A stretch of 64,000 bases of DNA, from contig CAXXTF010000002.1 in the NCBI GenBank assembly GCA_963665775.2, positions 544,001-608,000 on the forward strand. The letters are read 5' to 3'. Within the stretch, counting starts at the first letter, position 1, and each line of letters begins with the position of its first letter. Shown piece after piece: positions 40,231 to 50,526 of the stretch. The notes below the pieces were generated by a model. It saw nothing but the letters and a program-made list of their open reading frames with translations. It ran no database searches and was not told the DNA's origin. This DNA comes from Dehalococcoidia bacterium. GTDB lineage: Bacteria; Chloroflexota; Dehalococcoidia; SM23-28-2; RBG-16-64-32. The position numbers and the translations under genes are program-made.

Positions 40231-40695
40231 CTACGATTGGGCGAGAGTTTCCCGGTACTCGCGCAAGGCCTGGCGCACACCCTCGTGCTTCAGAGCGATG
40301 ATGGCGGCGGCGTAGAGGGCGGCGTTCTTGGCCCCGTTGACGGCCATGCAGGCCACGGGGACGCCCGGCGGCATCTGGGCGATCGAGAGAAGAGCGTCCA
40401 AACCGGACATGCCGGGTTTGCCGATGGGCACACCTATAACCGGGAGGGATGTCTGGGCGGCGACGACACCGGGCAAGTGGGCGGCCATACCGGCGGCGGC
40501 GATGATCGCCTCGAAGCCGCGGTCGGCGGCGGCGGTGGCGAACTCCCGCACCCTCTCCGGCGAACGGTGAGCGGACATGACCTGCAGCTCGTGCTCGATG
40601 CCGAGGTCAGTGAGGGTCTGGAGGCAGGGCTCCATGATGTCGGCATCGGACTGAGAGCCGAGGATGACGGCGACGCGGGGGTTGGTCATGACCAC
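40231..40695 (-). CDS. purE: N5-carboxyaminoimidazole ribonucleotide mutase
   Basis: GSQSD, SAHRSP, AGMAAHLPG, PVIGVP, QMPPGVPVA. Confidence 0.96.
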   Translation of the reverse strand: MVMTNPRVAVILGSQSDADIMEPCLQTLTDLGIEHELQVMSAHRSPERVREFATAAADRGFEAIIAAAGMAAHLPGVVAAQTSLPVIGVPIGKPGMSGLDALLSIAQMPPGVPVACMAVNGAKNAALYAAAIIALKHEGVRQALREYRETLAQS

Positions 40696-41147
40696 AAGCC
40701 TCCCAACCAGCTAACAAGCGTTGCTACCACCACAGAGGTCACAGCGCTAACGATGATTCCACGAATGACGCTCCTCAGTCCAAGTGCTCGTAGGAGTTTC
40801 ACGTACCACGAGGCAAGATGCTCCCTCGCGTAGGCGAAACCGTTTGAAGTGGGCTTGTAGACATTGCCGCCCACGTTGTAAATGTGGCCCCGTTTCACTA
40901 GCTGTGAGACAGCCTCCTCGATAGGCTGGAGTGGCTCAAACGTCCATTCCGTCTTAGTCCCTCGCTCAGTGCGTTCCTCCGGGCCTTTTCTTGCAAAGGG
41001 GATCTTGGCGGCATCGATCATGTCAATAGTGCCTAACCCTTGAACCCTGGCCTGGTCATCCTTTTGGTCGTCATAGGCCTTCACCATAGCGGCAAGCATT
41101 CGGTCAGCGTATTCGGATGGTTTAGGCTCCCTCCGAAACAAGTGCAC
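40686..41147 (-). CDS. Orphan protein, winged-helix-like region plus C-terminal TM
   Basis: More AT-rich than neighbours; IEEAVSQLVKRGHI..GGNVYKPT; hydrophobic C-terminus. Confidence 0.6.
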   Translation of the reverse strand: MHLFRREPKPSEYADRMLAAMVKAYDDQKDDQARVQGLGTIDMIDAAKIPFARKGPEERTERGTKTEWTFEPLQPIEEAVSQLVKRGHIYNVGGNVYKPTSNGFAYAREHLASWYVKLLRALGLRSVIRGIIVSAVTSVVVATLVSWLGGLWS

Positions 41148-41151
41148 CTAC

Positions 41152-42432
41152 TCACCCCACCCTCGCCTCCTGGGCGGGGGCGGCGATGTCCCTGCGGTAT
41201 TGGCAGCGGCTGAAGTGGATATACCGAACGTTGCGATAGGCCTTCGTCCGCGCCTCCGCCAGGGTGGGGCCCGTGGCCACGACGGTGAGGACACGGCCGC
41301 CCGCGGTGACCACGCTGCCGTCGTCGGTAGGGGCCGTGCCAGCGTGGAAAACGAGGGCGTCGGGCTCCACGGAGCCGAGGCCGGAGATGGGGAGTCCGGT
41401 CGGATAGTCGTCCGGGTAGCCGCCGGAAGCGAGGACGACCCCGACGCAGGCTTCGTCGGACCACTCGACCGACAGTTCGTGGAGGCGATTGTTGGCCACG
41501 GCCCAGCAGATCTCCAGCAGGTCGGACTTCAGGCGGGGAATCAGGACCTGGGCTTCGGGGTCGCCGAACCGGCAGTTGAACTCGATGACCTTCGGGCCCT
41601 CCGCCGTGACCATAAGGCCGGGGTAGAGGACGCCTCGATAGGGGCGATCCTCCTCCATCAGGGCACGCACGGTGGCGGCCGTGACCTGCTCATCGACCCA
41701 GCGGGCCGTCTCCTCTTCCAGCCAGGGCGGCGGGCTGTAGGCGCCCATGCCGCCGGTGTTCGGGCCCTCGTCGTCGTCCAGGGCGCGCTTGTAGTCGCAG
41801 GAGAAGGGCATAGGGACCACCGTGACGCCGTCCGTGAAGGCGTGGGCGGTGAGCTCGCGGCCGGAGAGCCGCTCCTCGATGACGACGGTGCGGCCGGAGT
41901 TCCCGAAGATCGCCTCGTCGCCCATCATGAGGTCGATAGCGCGCAGCGCCTCCTCCTGGGAATCGCAGACGAAGACGCCCTTGCCGGCAGCCAGGCCGTC
42001 GGCCTTAACCACGGGCGGTTCCGAGAGGCCCAGGATGTGGTTCCGGGCGTCGGTGCGGTTGTCGAAGGTGGCGGAGGTGGCGGTCGGGATGCCGTGGCGC
42101 CGCATCAGCTCCTTGGCGAACCCCTTGGACGACTCGATGTGGGCGGCGGCCCCTGACGGCCCGAAGACGGCGATGCCGCGCACGGCCAGCCGGTCGACGA
42201 GGCCGTCGGCCAGGGGCTGCTCCGGCCCGACGATGACCAGCTCCACACGCTGTTCGGCGGCGGTGCCGACCAGGCCATCGAGGTCGGTGGCCTTTATCGC
42301 TAGGTTTTGGGCTATCGAGGCCGTCCCCGCGTTGCCGGGGGCGACGAACAGGTCGGTCAGCCGGGGCGACTGGCGCAGCTTCCAGGCCAGGGCGTGCTCG
42401 CGGGCGCCGGAGCCGACGAGGAGGACGTTCAT
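41152..42432 (-). CDS. purD: Phosphoribosylamine-glycine ligase
   Basis: GSGAREHAL, APGNAG, KADGLAAGKGV, GPNTGGMGAY, EFNCRFGDPE. Confidence 0.97.
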   Translation of the reverse strand: MNVLLVGSGAREHALAWKLRQSPRLTDLFVAPGNAGTASIAQNLAIKATDLDGLVGTAAEQRVELVIVGPEQPLADGLVDRLAVRGIAVFGPSGAAAHIESSKGFAKELMRRHGIPTATSATFDNRTDARNHILGLSEPPVVKADGLAAGKGVFVCDSQEEALRAIDLMMGDEAIFGNSGRTVVIEERLSGRELTAHAFTDGVTVVPMPFSCDYKRALDDDEGPNTGGMGAYSPPPWLEEETARWVDEQVTAATVRALMEEDRPYRGVLYPGLMVTAEGPKVIEFNCRFGDPEAQVLIPRLKSDLLEICWAVANNRLHELSVEWSDEACVGVVLASGGYPDDYPTGLPISGLGSVEPDALVFHAGTAPTDDGSVVTAGGRVLTVVATGPTLAEARTKAYRNVRYIHFSRCQYRRDIAAPAQEARVG

Positions 42433-42546
42433 AGTGCGCGGGCTGGCAGGCTCACTTCACCCCCACGAATACACGCTGGCGGCGGCGCCGTCAAGGGGCG
42501 GGCAGGACGGGGGGTAGGGAGGGGAGGTGAATGTGGAGGGGAGTGG

Positions 42547-42774
42547 TCATCGTCTCATTAGCTCTCGGAACTCGTCGACAGTGAGGCCAGCCTGGCGAAT
42601 GAGGGCACGGAGGGCACCGGGCTTAAGCTCGCGATGGTCGGGGACGGAAAGCGTCTCCAAGGAATCTGGCTTGGTCATTATAATGTGGCTACCGCGCTGG
42701 CGTCTCACTTGGAAGCCTGCTCGTTCGAAGGTAGTGACGGCTCGCCTTCCGGAGACGTGAGGGAGCCGGGGCAT
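42547..42774 (-). CDS. hicA: HicA-family toxin
   Basis: MPRLP.VSG...AGF...RQRGSH..VPDH.ELKPG.L..I; start 42774 overlaps the hicB stop. Confidence 0.9.
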   Translation of the reverse strand: MPRLPHVSGRRAVTTFERAGFQVRRQRGSHIIMTKPDSLETLSVPDHRELKPGALRALIRQAGLTVDEFRELMRR

Positions 42775-43070
42775 CAGACGGCGACCTCGGCCTCCACTTC
42801 CACGATGCGGGTCTCGATGGTGAGGGGCAGGCCCTCTTCGGCGCGGTCTTTCAAGCAGGCCTTGATCTCTTCGGCGACAATTTCCGGCGTCTCTTTCGGG
42901 GCCGGCAGCCCTTCCTCTTTGCCCACTTCGAGGCACAGGAGGATCGCCTCGCGGATGTTGCTTAGGGCCTCGTCTAGCGAGTCGCCCTGGCTCACGCAGC
43001 CGGGGATGGCGGGGCAGACGACGGAGTAGCCGCCGTCCGCTTCGGGGGAGAGGATAACCGTGAACTTCAT
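42774..43070 (-). CDS. hicB: HicB-family antitoxin
   Basis: GGYSVVCPAIPGCVSQGDSLDEALSNIREAI; start ATG 43070. Confidence 0.9.
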   Translation of the reverse strand: MKFTVILSPEADGGYSVVCPAIPGCVSQGDSLDEALSNIREAILLCLEVGKEEGLPAPKETPEIVAEEIKACLKDRAEEGLPLTIETRIVEVEAEVAV

Positions 43071-43234
43071 GGCTGGTCTATGATAGCACGCGCTGGATGC
43101 CAAACATGCACCGTGTAGAAAAAATATATCGCCAGCAGCACTAGAAGCGCCGCCGCAAATACACATATGAGGCTCCTACGGTCAGGTCACGTAACAACTT
43201 GACTGTGTTCATCGTGACCTCCCCCTTGTTTTTT

Positions 43235-43705
43235 CTACCCATGTTCCAAAAGCCAGTGGGCATGAAGGCGGAACCTCAAAGATTCCGCGCGGAGATAGGC
43301 GGCATCATTGGATATGGCACTAAAGTGCTGTTTCACAAGCTCGTCGGTCTTTTTGTATAGACCAATCGCGTGGACTAGCGGATCTCCAAGATGTGGCATA
43401 ACACCTGCATAGTGGTCGAGGCGGTTCGCTGCAACCAATAAAGCAAGTCCCGTACTTGACGCAACGTCCTGAGTTATCTCAACAGAGACAGCTAACCATA
43501 CGCTTTGAGATAGACCCACAAACGGACTGGAAATTGTATTGAGAACTGTCTCTAAATCGGATTTCCAATCAGCCCTATTGGCATCTACTTGAATTCCATA
43601 GTTGGGCTGGATATTCGTGTCAATTTCATCGATCACCAGTCGTACTGCCACTTGAATTGTATCGACGTCTTCTGGTGTGAGCATCCACTTGCGCTTTGAA
43701 GCCAT
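43235..43705 (-). CDS. Orphan hypothetical protein (AT-rich)
   Basis: 156-aa ORF starting 9 nt after guaA stop, GAGGG RBS, composition unlike the flanking genes. Confidence 0.6.
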   Translation of the reverse strand: MASKRKWMLTPEDVDTIQVAVRLVIDEIDTNIQPNYGIQVDANRADWKSDLETVLNTISSPFVGLSQSVWLAVSVEITQDVASSTGLALLVAANRLDHYAGVMPHLGDPLVHAIGLYKKTDELVKQHFSAISNDAAYLRAESLRFRLHAHWLLEHG

Positions 43706-43714
43706 CTGCCACCC

Positions 43715-45385
43715 TCACTCCCACTCGATCGTGCCGGGTGGCTTCGACGTGATGTCGTACACCACCCGGTTCACCGTCGGCACCTCGTTCACGATGCGAC
43801 TGGAGATGCGGGCCAGCAGGTCGTAGGGCAGCCGCGCCCAGTCGGCGGTCATCGCGTCCTCCGCCGTGACGGCGCGCAGCGCCACCACGTGGCCGTACGT
43901 GCGCAGGTCGCCCATCACGCCCACGGAGCGGCTGTCCGTCAGGACGGCGAACGATTGCCACAGATCGCGATACAGCGCCGCCTTCTTCACCTCGTCCATC
44001 ACCACCCAGTCGCAGCCCCGCAGGATCTCCAGCTTGTCGCGCGTCACCTCGCCGATTATGCGGATGGCCAGGCCGGGCCCAGGGAAGGGCTGCCGAAGGA
44101 TCATCTCTTCGGGCAGGCCCAGGACCAGGCCCGCCTGTCGCACCTCGTCCTTGAACAGGTAGCGCAGGGGCTCGATCAGGGTGAACGTCATCTCCTTGGG
44201 CAGGCCACCCACATTGTGGTGAGTCTTGATCTTGGCGGCGGCGCTATGGCCCACGGCGGACTCAATAACGTCCGGGTAGGTCGTCCCCTGGGCGATGAAG
44301 TCCACGCGGCCCAGTTTGTCCGCCTCCTCCTCAAAGACGCGGATGAACGTCTCGCCGACGATCCGCCGCTTCTCCTCCGGGTCGGTGACGCCGGCCAGGC
44401 GCTCCAGAAAGCGGTCGCTGGCGTCCACGTACATGAAGTTCATCTTGATGTGGCGGCGGAAGGTATCCTGGACCCGTTCCGCCTCCTCGCGGCGAAGCAG
44501 GCCGTTGTTGACGAAGATACAGATGAGCTGGTCGCCCACGGCCCGGTGGACGAGGGCGGCGGTGACGGCGGAATCGACGCCGCCGGAGAGCGCGCAGATG
44601 ACGCGGCCCTCCCCCACCTGCTGTCGAACCGCGTGGATGGAATCGGCGATGAAGCCGCCGGGGGTCCAGTCGCCGCGGCAGCCGCAGAGGCGGTAGAGGA
44701 AGTTCTCAAGTAGCGATTTACCCTGCGGGGTGTGCACGACCTCCGGATGGAACTGGAGGCCGATGAGGCCGCGGTCGTTGCCCATCACGGCGATGGGCGA
44801 GCTATCGGAGTGAGCGAGGGCACGGAAGCCGGGCGGCAGCTCGTCTACGCGATCGCCGTGGGACATCCATACAGGCATGGAGGGCGGCAGGCCGTGGAAG
44901 ATGCCGGTGTCGTCGCCCTGATAGATGACGGCGTGGCCGTACTCACGACTCGCGGAAGGGGCGACGACACCGCCGAGCTGGTGGGCCAGGAGCTGCATGC
45001 CGTAGCAGATGCCGAGCACGGGCAGGCCGGAATCGAAGACGTACATGGGGGCCAGAAGCGCCCCTTCGTCGTATACGGAAGAGGGGCCGCCGGAGAGGAT
45101 GAAGCCGAGGGGGTTCAGCTTGCGGACCTGCTCCCACGGCGCGTCGAAGGGGACGACCTCGCAGTATACGCGACACTCGCGGACTCGGCGGGCGATGAGC
45201 ATGCTATACTGTGAGCCGAAATCGAGGATGACGACGGTCTGGGGTTGGGCAGGAGCGGAGGGTTCGCCGCTGCGGGGCTCCTCGCCTTCCCGCTGGCGGG
45301 CGATTTCCAGGTAAGTGGAGACCTCCAGGTCATCGGAGGTGGGGACTCTGTGAGTGGTGTCCGGGGCGTTCTCGGTTTCGCTCAC
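43715..45385 (-). CDS. guaA: GMP synthase (glutamine-hydrolysing)
   Basis: [48 protein letters not shown]. Confidence 0.97.
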   Translation of the reverse strand: MSETENAPDTTHRVPTSDDLEVSTYLEIARQREGEEPRSGEPSAPAQPQTVVILDFGSQYSMLIARRVRECRVYCEVVPFDAPWEQVRKLNPLGFILSGGPSSVYDEGALLAPMYVFDSGLPVLGICYGMQLLAHQLGGVVAPSASREYGHAVIYQGDDTGIFHGLPPSMPVWMSHGDRVDELPPGFRALAHSDSSPIAVMGNDRGLIGLQFHPEVVHTPQGKSLLENFLYRLCGCRGDWTPGGFIADSIHAVRQQVGEGRVICALSGGVDSAVTAALVHRAVGDQLICIFVNNGLLRREEAERVQDTFRRHIKMNFMYVDASDRFLERLAGVTDPEEKRRIVGETFIRVFEEEADKLGRVDFIAQGTTYPDVIESAVGHSAAAKIKTHHNVGGLPKEMTFTLIEPLRYLFKDEVRQAGLVLGLPEEMILRQPFPGPGLAIRIIGEVTRDKLEILRGCDWVVMDEVKKAALYRDLWQSFAVLTDSRSVGVMGDLRTYGHVVALRAVTAEDAMTADWARLPYDLLARISSRIVNEVPTVNRVVYDITSKPPGTIEWE

Positions 45386-45595
45386 GGGGGCTGCGCGCCC
45401 TCCTTTTTCGTATCATACCAGTCGGGCAGTTCCGGGTCAAGGAACGCTGATGAAGAGCGTAGATGGGTTAGCAAAAACGACATCGATAGCGGTCTTCGAC
45501 CGAGACGGCGTTAGCGCTATGAATAGGGTACTCGATCCGGCTTTCAACTCTGGAACCCGCCTGTCGCCGGTCAGGCGGTCCCCTTTGATCACACG

Positions 45596-46225
45596 ATGGC
45601 GAAGATAACCTTCGCCACAGCGGGGAGAGGCGTGGAGGAGGCGGTACGGCTACTCCGACAGGGAGAGCTGGTCTGCTACCCGACAGACACCGTCTACGGC
45701 CTCGCCGCCGCGGCGGGAAACGCTGAGGCGGTAAGGAAAGTGTTCGCCGCCAAGGAACGATCCCCTGACAAGGCGATGCCGCTGCTTATCGCGGCTGCCG
45801 AGGACGCGCCCCGTCTGGCGGAGGTGACCCCGAGAGCCCGCGCTCTGATGGATCGCTTCTGGCCCGGCGCCCTGACTATCGTGATGCGAGTGGCGAAAGG
45901 GTACAGCAGCGTGGCCCTCGCCCAGCAGGGAACGGTGGCGCTACGAGTCCCAGACCACGCCGTGATCCAGGAGATCATTCGGGCCCTGGGCGAGCCCATC
46001 ACCGGCACCAGCGCCAACCGGGCAGGCGCGCCCCCACCGTTGTCCGCAGCCGAGACAGCGCTGCAGATGGGAGAGGCGGTATCCCTGGTTGTGGACGGGG
46101 GTCCCTGCCCCCGTGGCCGGGAGTCGACCGTGATCGACATAACAGGCGACGCGCCGCGCCTCCTGCGGGACGGAGCGGTGAGCCGGGAGGAGATCGAGAA
46201 GGCGCTGGGGCAGCAGGTGGAATGA
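45596..46225 (+). CDS. tsaC: L-threonylcarbamoyladenylate synthase (YrdC/Sua5 family)
   Basis: PTDTVYGL, KER, FWPGALT, GTSAN, STVID. Confidence 0.93.
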   Translation: MAKITFATAGRGVEEAVRLLRQGELVCYPTDTVYGLAAAAGNAEAVRKVFAAKERSPDKAMPLLIAAAEDAPRLAEVTPRARALMDRFWPGALTIVMRVAKGYSSVALAQQGTVALRVPDHAVIQEIIRALGEPITGTSANRAGAPPPLSAAETALQMGEAVSLVVDGGPCPRGRESTVIDITGDAPRLLRDGAVSREEIEKALGQQVE

Positions 46226-46297
46226 GGCAGTCTCGGTCGGACGTGCCGACGCTGGCAGAGGTGCCAGCACTGGCCGGGCGAGCCAAGGGGGCAGGCT

Positions 46298-48700
46298 ATG
46301 GGGATGGGTAGGGTGGCGCGGACGCTGGCGCTGGGCCTCGCGGTGGCCTTGGCGGCCACGGCTGCGGCATATCTGCTGCGGCGTCCGCTGCCGCGGGTCA
46401 AGGGCCGTCTGACCCTAAGGGGGTTGGAGTCTTCGGTAGAGATCCTGAGAGATCGCTGGGGGGTGCCGCATATCTACGCCTCGAACCTGCGGGACGTCTT
46501 CTTTGGCGTTGGCTATGCTCAAGCCCAGGATCGGCTATGGCAGATGGAGTTCAACCGGCGTCTCGCCTCGGGAACGCTTTCCGAGATTGCGGGCGAGCGG
46601 GGGCTGGAAGTGGATCGGTTGGTGCGGCGAATCGGCTTCCGGCGCATGGCGGAGCGGGAGTGGCAGGAGGCGGACGAGGAGGAGAGAGCGATTGCGGAGG
46701 CGTTCAGCGCCGGCGTGAACGCCTACCTGGATGTAGGTCGCCTGCCCCTGGAGTTCACGCTGCTGCGCCGTCGGCCCGCCCCGTGGAGTTCCATAGACGG
46801 CATCGCCTTCGGCCGGTTCATAAGCTGGACGCTGGCCGGCAACTGGGACACCGAGATACTGCGCTCGTGGACCATAGAGCGATTCGGCCCAGAGGTGACG
46901 GCCGATCTGGAGCCCGGCTACCCTTCAGACGGGCCGCTGATCGTGCCGCCGGGAACGGAGGCGAAGGGCGCCGGGCCGGATCTGGGTGACGACTTCCGGC
47001 GGGCGGCGGAGTTGATCGGCGCGGCGGGCCGGGAGATGAGCAACCATTGGGCCGTGGACGGCCAGAAGTCGGCCACGGGAAAACCCCTCCTGGCCAACGA
47101 CCCGCACCTCCCCCTGATGATCCCCTCCCTCTGGTGGGAGCTTCATCTGGACTGCCCGGAATTGAAGGCGGCTGGCGTCGCGCTGCCGGGGACGCCGGGG
47201 GTAATGATCGGCCACAACGACCGGATCGCCTCGGGCATAACGGCGGCTATCGTCGACGCGGACGACCTGTTCGTGGAGCGGGTCAACCCAGACAACCCAT
47301 CCCAGTACGAGCACCGCGGCGAGTGGGTCGACGGCGAGCTGATTCGGGAGGAGATCGAGGTGAGAGGCCGCGCCAAACCGGTAGTGGAGGAGGTGCTGAT
47401 CACCCGCCACGGGCCCGTGGTGAGCCCGGCGATCGGGGGGGAGACCAGAACGCTGGCCCTACGTACCGCGGCGCTGGAGCCGTCGCACCAGATGCGGGCC
47501 CAACTCTTGCTCATGAGAGCGGGCAACTGGGCCGAGTTCCGAGAGGCCTTACGGGGGTGGACGGTGCCCTCCCTGAACTTCGGCTACGCCGATGTGGACG
47601 GCAACATCGGCTACCAGCTGGCCGGTCTGGCACCCATCCGAGCCAAGGGCCATGGAATGGTGCCGGTTCCGGGTTGGACGGACGAGTACGACTGGACCGG
47701 GCATATCCCTTTCGAGGAGTTACCGTCCTCCTACAACCCACGGACACACTGGCTGGCCAGCGCCAACAATAAGATCGCCGATGACAGCTATCCCTACTTC
47801 CTGGGCGCCAGCTACGCCGACAGCGCCCGACAGGCGCGGATCATCGAGATGCTGGAGGCGAAGGGTAAGCTCTCGATGGATGACTTCCGGGCGATGCAGG
47901 CCGATCAGCTGTCGCTACCGGCCCGGGAGTTAGTCCCTCGCATTCTGGCGCTGACCCCCCGGGACGAGTGGTCGCGGCGGGCCCTCTCCTTCCTGCGGGC
48001 CTGGGACTACGTCGTCGCCCCGGAGAGCGTGGCGGCCTGCATCTTCGAGCTGTTCTTCAGCCACCTGGTACGGCGGGCCCTATCGGAGAAGTTGGGCTCC
48101 TGGTCGGACTACTATATGGGGAAAGGGATTCACCCCCTGCGCCCGGACAGCATGTTCTTCTACGCTACCTCTTCCTGGCTGACGAAGAAGATGCGGGAGC
48201 GGCCGGACTGGTTCGAGGGGAAGAGCTGGTCGGAAGCGATGGAGGATTCCCTCGCCTCCGCTACGATGGATCTACGCCGGCGGCTGGGGAACGAGGTCTC
48301 GCGCTGGCAGTGGGGGCGGCTTCACAGGCCCAGATTTCGGCATCCACTGGGACGGCTGCCCGGTCTGAGCCGGATATTCGACCGGGGGCCGATACCGATG
48401 GGAGGAGACGCCAACACCGTCTTCGCAACGGCGTATCCGCCCTACCACGGCTACGACCGGATCAGCTTCACGCCCTGCTGGCGCCAGATTATCGATCTGG
48501 CCGACTTCAACCGCAGCCTGGCCGTGCTGCCATCGGGGCAGTCTGGACACCCTGGCAGCCGCCACTACAGCGACATGATCGGTATGTGGCAGCGGCTGGA
48601 GTACCACCCGATGCCCTGGGACCGACAGGCGGTGGAACGGGCGGCGCGGGCACGGCTCGTTCTGGCGCTGGCAGTGAACGGCGAGGCCGAGAGGGCGTAA
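46298..48700 (+). CDS. Penicillin acylase family (S45) Ntn hydrolase
   Basis: RDRWGVPHIYA, QAQDRLWQME, SNHWAV (beta-chain N-terminal Ser), LANDPHL, GQSGHPGS.HY.D. Confidence 0.92.
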   Translation: MGMGRVARTLALGLAVALAATAAAYLLRRPLPRVKGRLTLRGLESSVEILRDRWGVPHIYASNLRDVFFGVGYAQAQDRLWQMEFNRRLASGTLSEIAGERGLEVDRLVRRIGFRRMAEREWQEADEEERAIAEAFSAGVNAYLDVGRLPLEFTLLRRRPAPWSSIDGIAFGRFISWTLAGNWDTEILRSWTIERFGPEVTADLEPGYPSDGPLIVPPGTEAKGAGPDLGDDFRRAAELIGAAGREMSNHWAVDGQKSATGKPLLANDPHLPLMIPSLWWELHLDCPELKAAGVALPGTPGVMIGHNDRIASGITAAIVDADDLFVERVNPDNPSQYEHRGEWVDGELIREEIEVRGRAKPVVEEVLITRHGPVVSPAIGGETRTLALRTAALEPSHQMRAQLLLMRAGNWAEFREALRGWTVPSLNFGYADVDGNIGYQLAGLAPIRAKGHGMVPVPGWTDEYDWTGHIPFEELPSSYNPRTHWLASANNKIADDSYPYFLGASYADSARQARIIEMLEAKGKLSMDDFRAMQADQLSLPARELVPRILALTPRDEWSRRALSFLRAWDYVVAPESVAACIFELFFSHLVRRALSEKLGSWSDYYMGKGIHPLRPDSMFFYATSSWLTKKMRERPDWFEGKSWSEAMEDSLASATMDLRRRLGNEVSRWQWGRLHRPRFRHPLGRLPGLSRIFDRGPIPMGGDANTVFATAYPPYHGYDRISFTPCWRQIIDLADFNRSLAVLPSGQSGHPGSRHYSDMIGMWQRLEYHPMPWDRQAVERAARARLVLALAVNGEAERA

Positions 48701-48707
48701 GGGTCTT

Positions 48708-49247
48708 ATGACGCCGGACCTCAGGGCGGAACCCGTCGAGATAGCCGAATACGACCCGAACTGGCCCGACTTGTTCGAACGGGAGCGCGCCCTAATCGCC
48801 GGCGCGCTGGGCGGTCTCGTGGTCGCCGTCGAGCACGTGGGCAGCACGGCCGTGCCCGGGCTGGGTGCTAAGCCGGTCATCGACATCATGATCGGGGTGC
48901 GCACCCTCGCTGACGGTGAGAAGTGCGTCGGGCCGCTGGAGGGGCTGGGCTACGAGTACAAAGGCGAGCTTGGCATTCCGGGGAGGCTCTACTTCTACAG
49001 GCTCGCCAAGGGCTGGCGGAGTCACCAGCTCCACATGGTGGAGTACGGGAGCGACTTATGGGAGCGGCACCTCCTCTTCCGCGATTACCTGCGGGAACAC
49101 CCGCAGGAGGCGGTGGAGTACTATCGTCTGAAGGTGCGACTGGCGACAGAGTTCCGGATGAACCGTGAGGGGTATACGGAGGCCAAGACGGCGTTCATCG
49201 AGTCGGTGCTGGCGCAGGCAACTAAGATGACCGGAGGGACAGGATGA
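48708..49247 (+). CDS. GrpB-family protein
   Basis: EHVGSTAVPGLGAKPVIDI, FRDYLR.HP, YTEAK. Confidence 0.92.
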   Translation: MTPDLRAEPVEIAEYDPNWPDLFERERALIAGALGGLVVAVEHVGSTAVPGLGAKPVIDIMIGVRTLADGEKCVGPLEGLGYEYKGELGIPGRLYFYRLAKGWRSHQLHMVEYGSDLWERHLLFRDYLREHPQEAVEYYRLKVRLATEFRMNREGYTEAKTAFIESVLAQATKMTGGTG

Positions 49248-50431
49248 ACAAGAAGACGATGCGCGATGTCGACGTTCGCGGCAAGCGAGTCCTGGTGCGG
49301 GTGGACTACAACGTCCCCCTGGAGCCGGAGAGCGGCCGCCTGCTGGACGACACACGGATCAGGGCCACGTTGCCCACCATAACGTATCTGCGGGAACAGG
49401 GCGCCAAGCTGATCCTCTGCTCCCACCTGGGGCGGCCCCAGGGCCGCGACCCAGCGCTGAGCCTTTGCCACGTGGCAAAGCGACTGTCGAACCTGATCGG
49501 GCAGCCGGTGAAGACGACGGGCTGCTGCCGCGGGCCGGATGTCCAGCAGGTGGCCCACGCCCTGGCGGCCGGCGAGGTGTTGCTGCTGGAGAACCTGCGC
49601 TTCCATCCTGAGGAGGAAGCGAACGACCCGGAGTACGCCGGGGCGCTGGCCAGCCTGGCCGAGGTGTATGTTAACGACGCCTTCGGCGCCGCGCACCGGG
49701 CCCACGCCTCGACGGTGGGCGTAGCGGCCTTCCTGCCGGCGGTGGCCGGCTCCCTGATGGAGAACGAGATCGACTTCCTGAGTCGGGCGGTCGTGAACCC
49801 GGAGCGCCCCTACGCCGCCATAATCGGAGGGGCCAAGATCAGCACTAAGATGGCGGTGCTGGAGGCCCTGTTGGAGCGCGTGGACAAGCTGCTCATCGGG
49901 GGTGGCATGGCGAACACCTTCCTGAAGGCCGAAGGGTTCGCGGTGGGCGAATCGCTGGTGGAGGATGGCTACCTGGAGCAGGCCCGACAGGTTATGGCCC
50001 ACGCGCAGGAGCGAGGCGTTAGGCTGCTTCTGCCCACGGATGTACTGGTGGCGGAACGGGTTGCCGAGGACTCGCCGGCGCAGCGAGTCTCCGTCCGCGA
50101 CGTGCCGGTGGGATGGCGAATCGTCGACGCGGGGGAGACAACGATCGACGTGTTCGGGCGGGCGTTGCAGGGGTGCCGCACGGTGGTCTGGAACGGCCCG
50201 ATGGGCGTCTTCGAGCTCGCCCCCTTCGCCCACGGGTCGCACCGGCTGGCGACGGCGATCGCCGGCCTCGAGGGGGCGACGACGATACTCGGCGGCGGCG
50301 AGACGGCGGCCGTCGTGGAGAAGGTGGGGATGACGAGCAAGTTCTCCCACGTTAGCACCGGCGGTGGCGCCGCCCTGGAGTTCCTGGAGGGGCGCGAGCT
50401 GCCGGGGGTAGCCGCCCTGCTGGACGCCTGA
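49244..50431 (+). CDS. pgk: Phosphoglycerate kinase
   Basis: RVDYNVP, SHLGRP, LENLRF, NDAFGAAHRAHAS, STGGGA.LEFLEG. Confidence 0.98.
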   Translation: MNKKTMRDVDVRGKRVLVRVDYNVPLEPESGRLLDDTRIRATLPTITYLREQGAKLILCSHLGRPQGRDPALSLCHVAKRLSNLIGQPVKTTGCCRGPDVQQVAHALAAGEVLLLENLRFHPEEEANDPEYAGALASLAEVYVNDAFGAAHRAHASTVGVAAFLPAVAGSLMENEIDFLSRAVVNPERPYAAIIGGAKISTKMAVLEALLERVDKLLIGGGMANTFLKAEGFAVGESLVEDGYLEQARQVMAHAQERGVRLLLPTDVLVAERVAEDSPAQRVSVRDVPVGWRIVDAGETTIDVFGRALQGCRTVVWNGPMGVFELAPFAHGSHRLATAIAGLEGATTILGGGETAAVVEKVGMTSKFSHVSTGGGAALEFLEGRELPGVAALLDA

Positions 50432-50526
50432 GGCGCTTGCCGCATCGACAGCGAAATGTGGACAGCCAGCCGCCTTAGGGTCCTTCGCTAGCTTACGCGG
50501 CCCAAATCCCGCATAATCATCTCGCT

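Noticed and set aside
42433-42546. Purine/ZTP riboswitch or G-quadruplex upstream of purD
   Set aside because: No riboswitch consensus recognisable; G-runs are irregular and the region is explained by a TTGACG-17-TATTCG promoter on the minus strand
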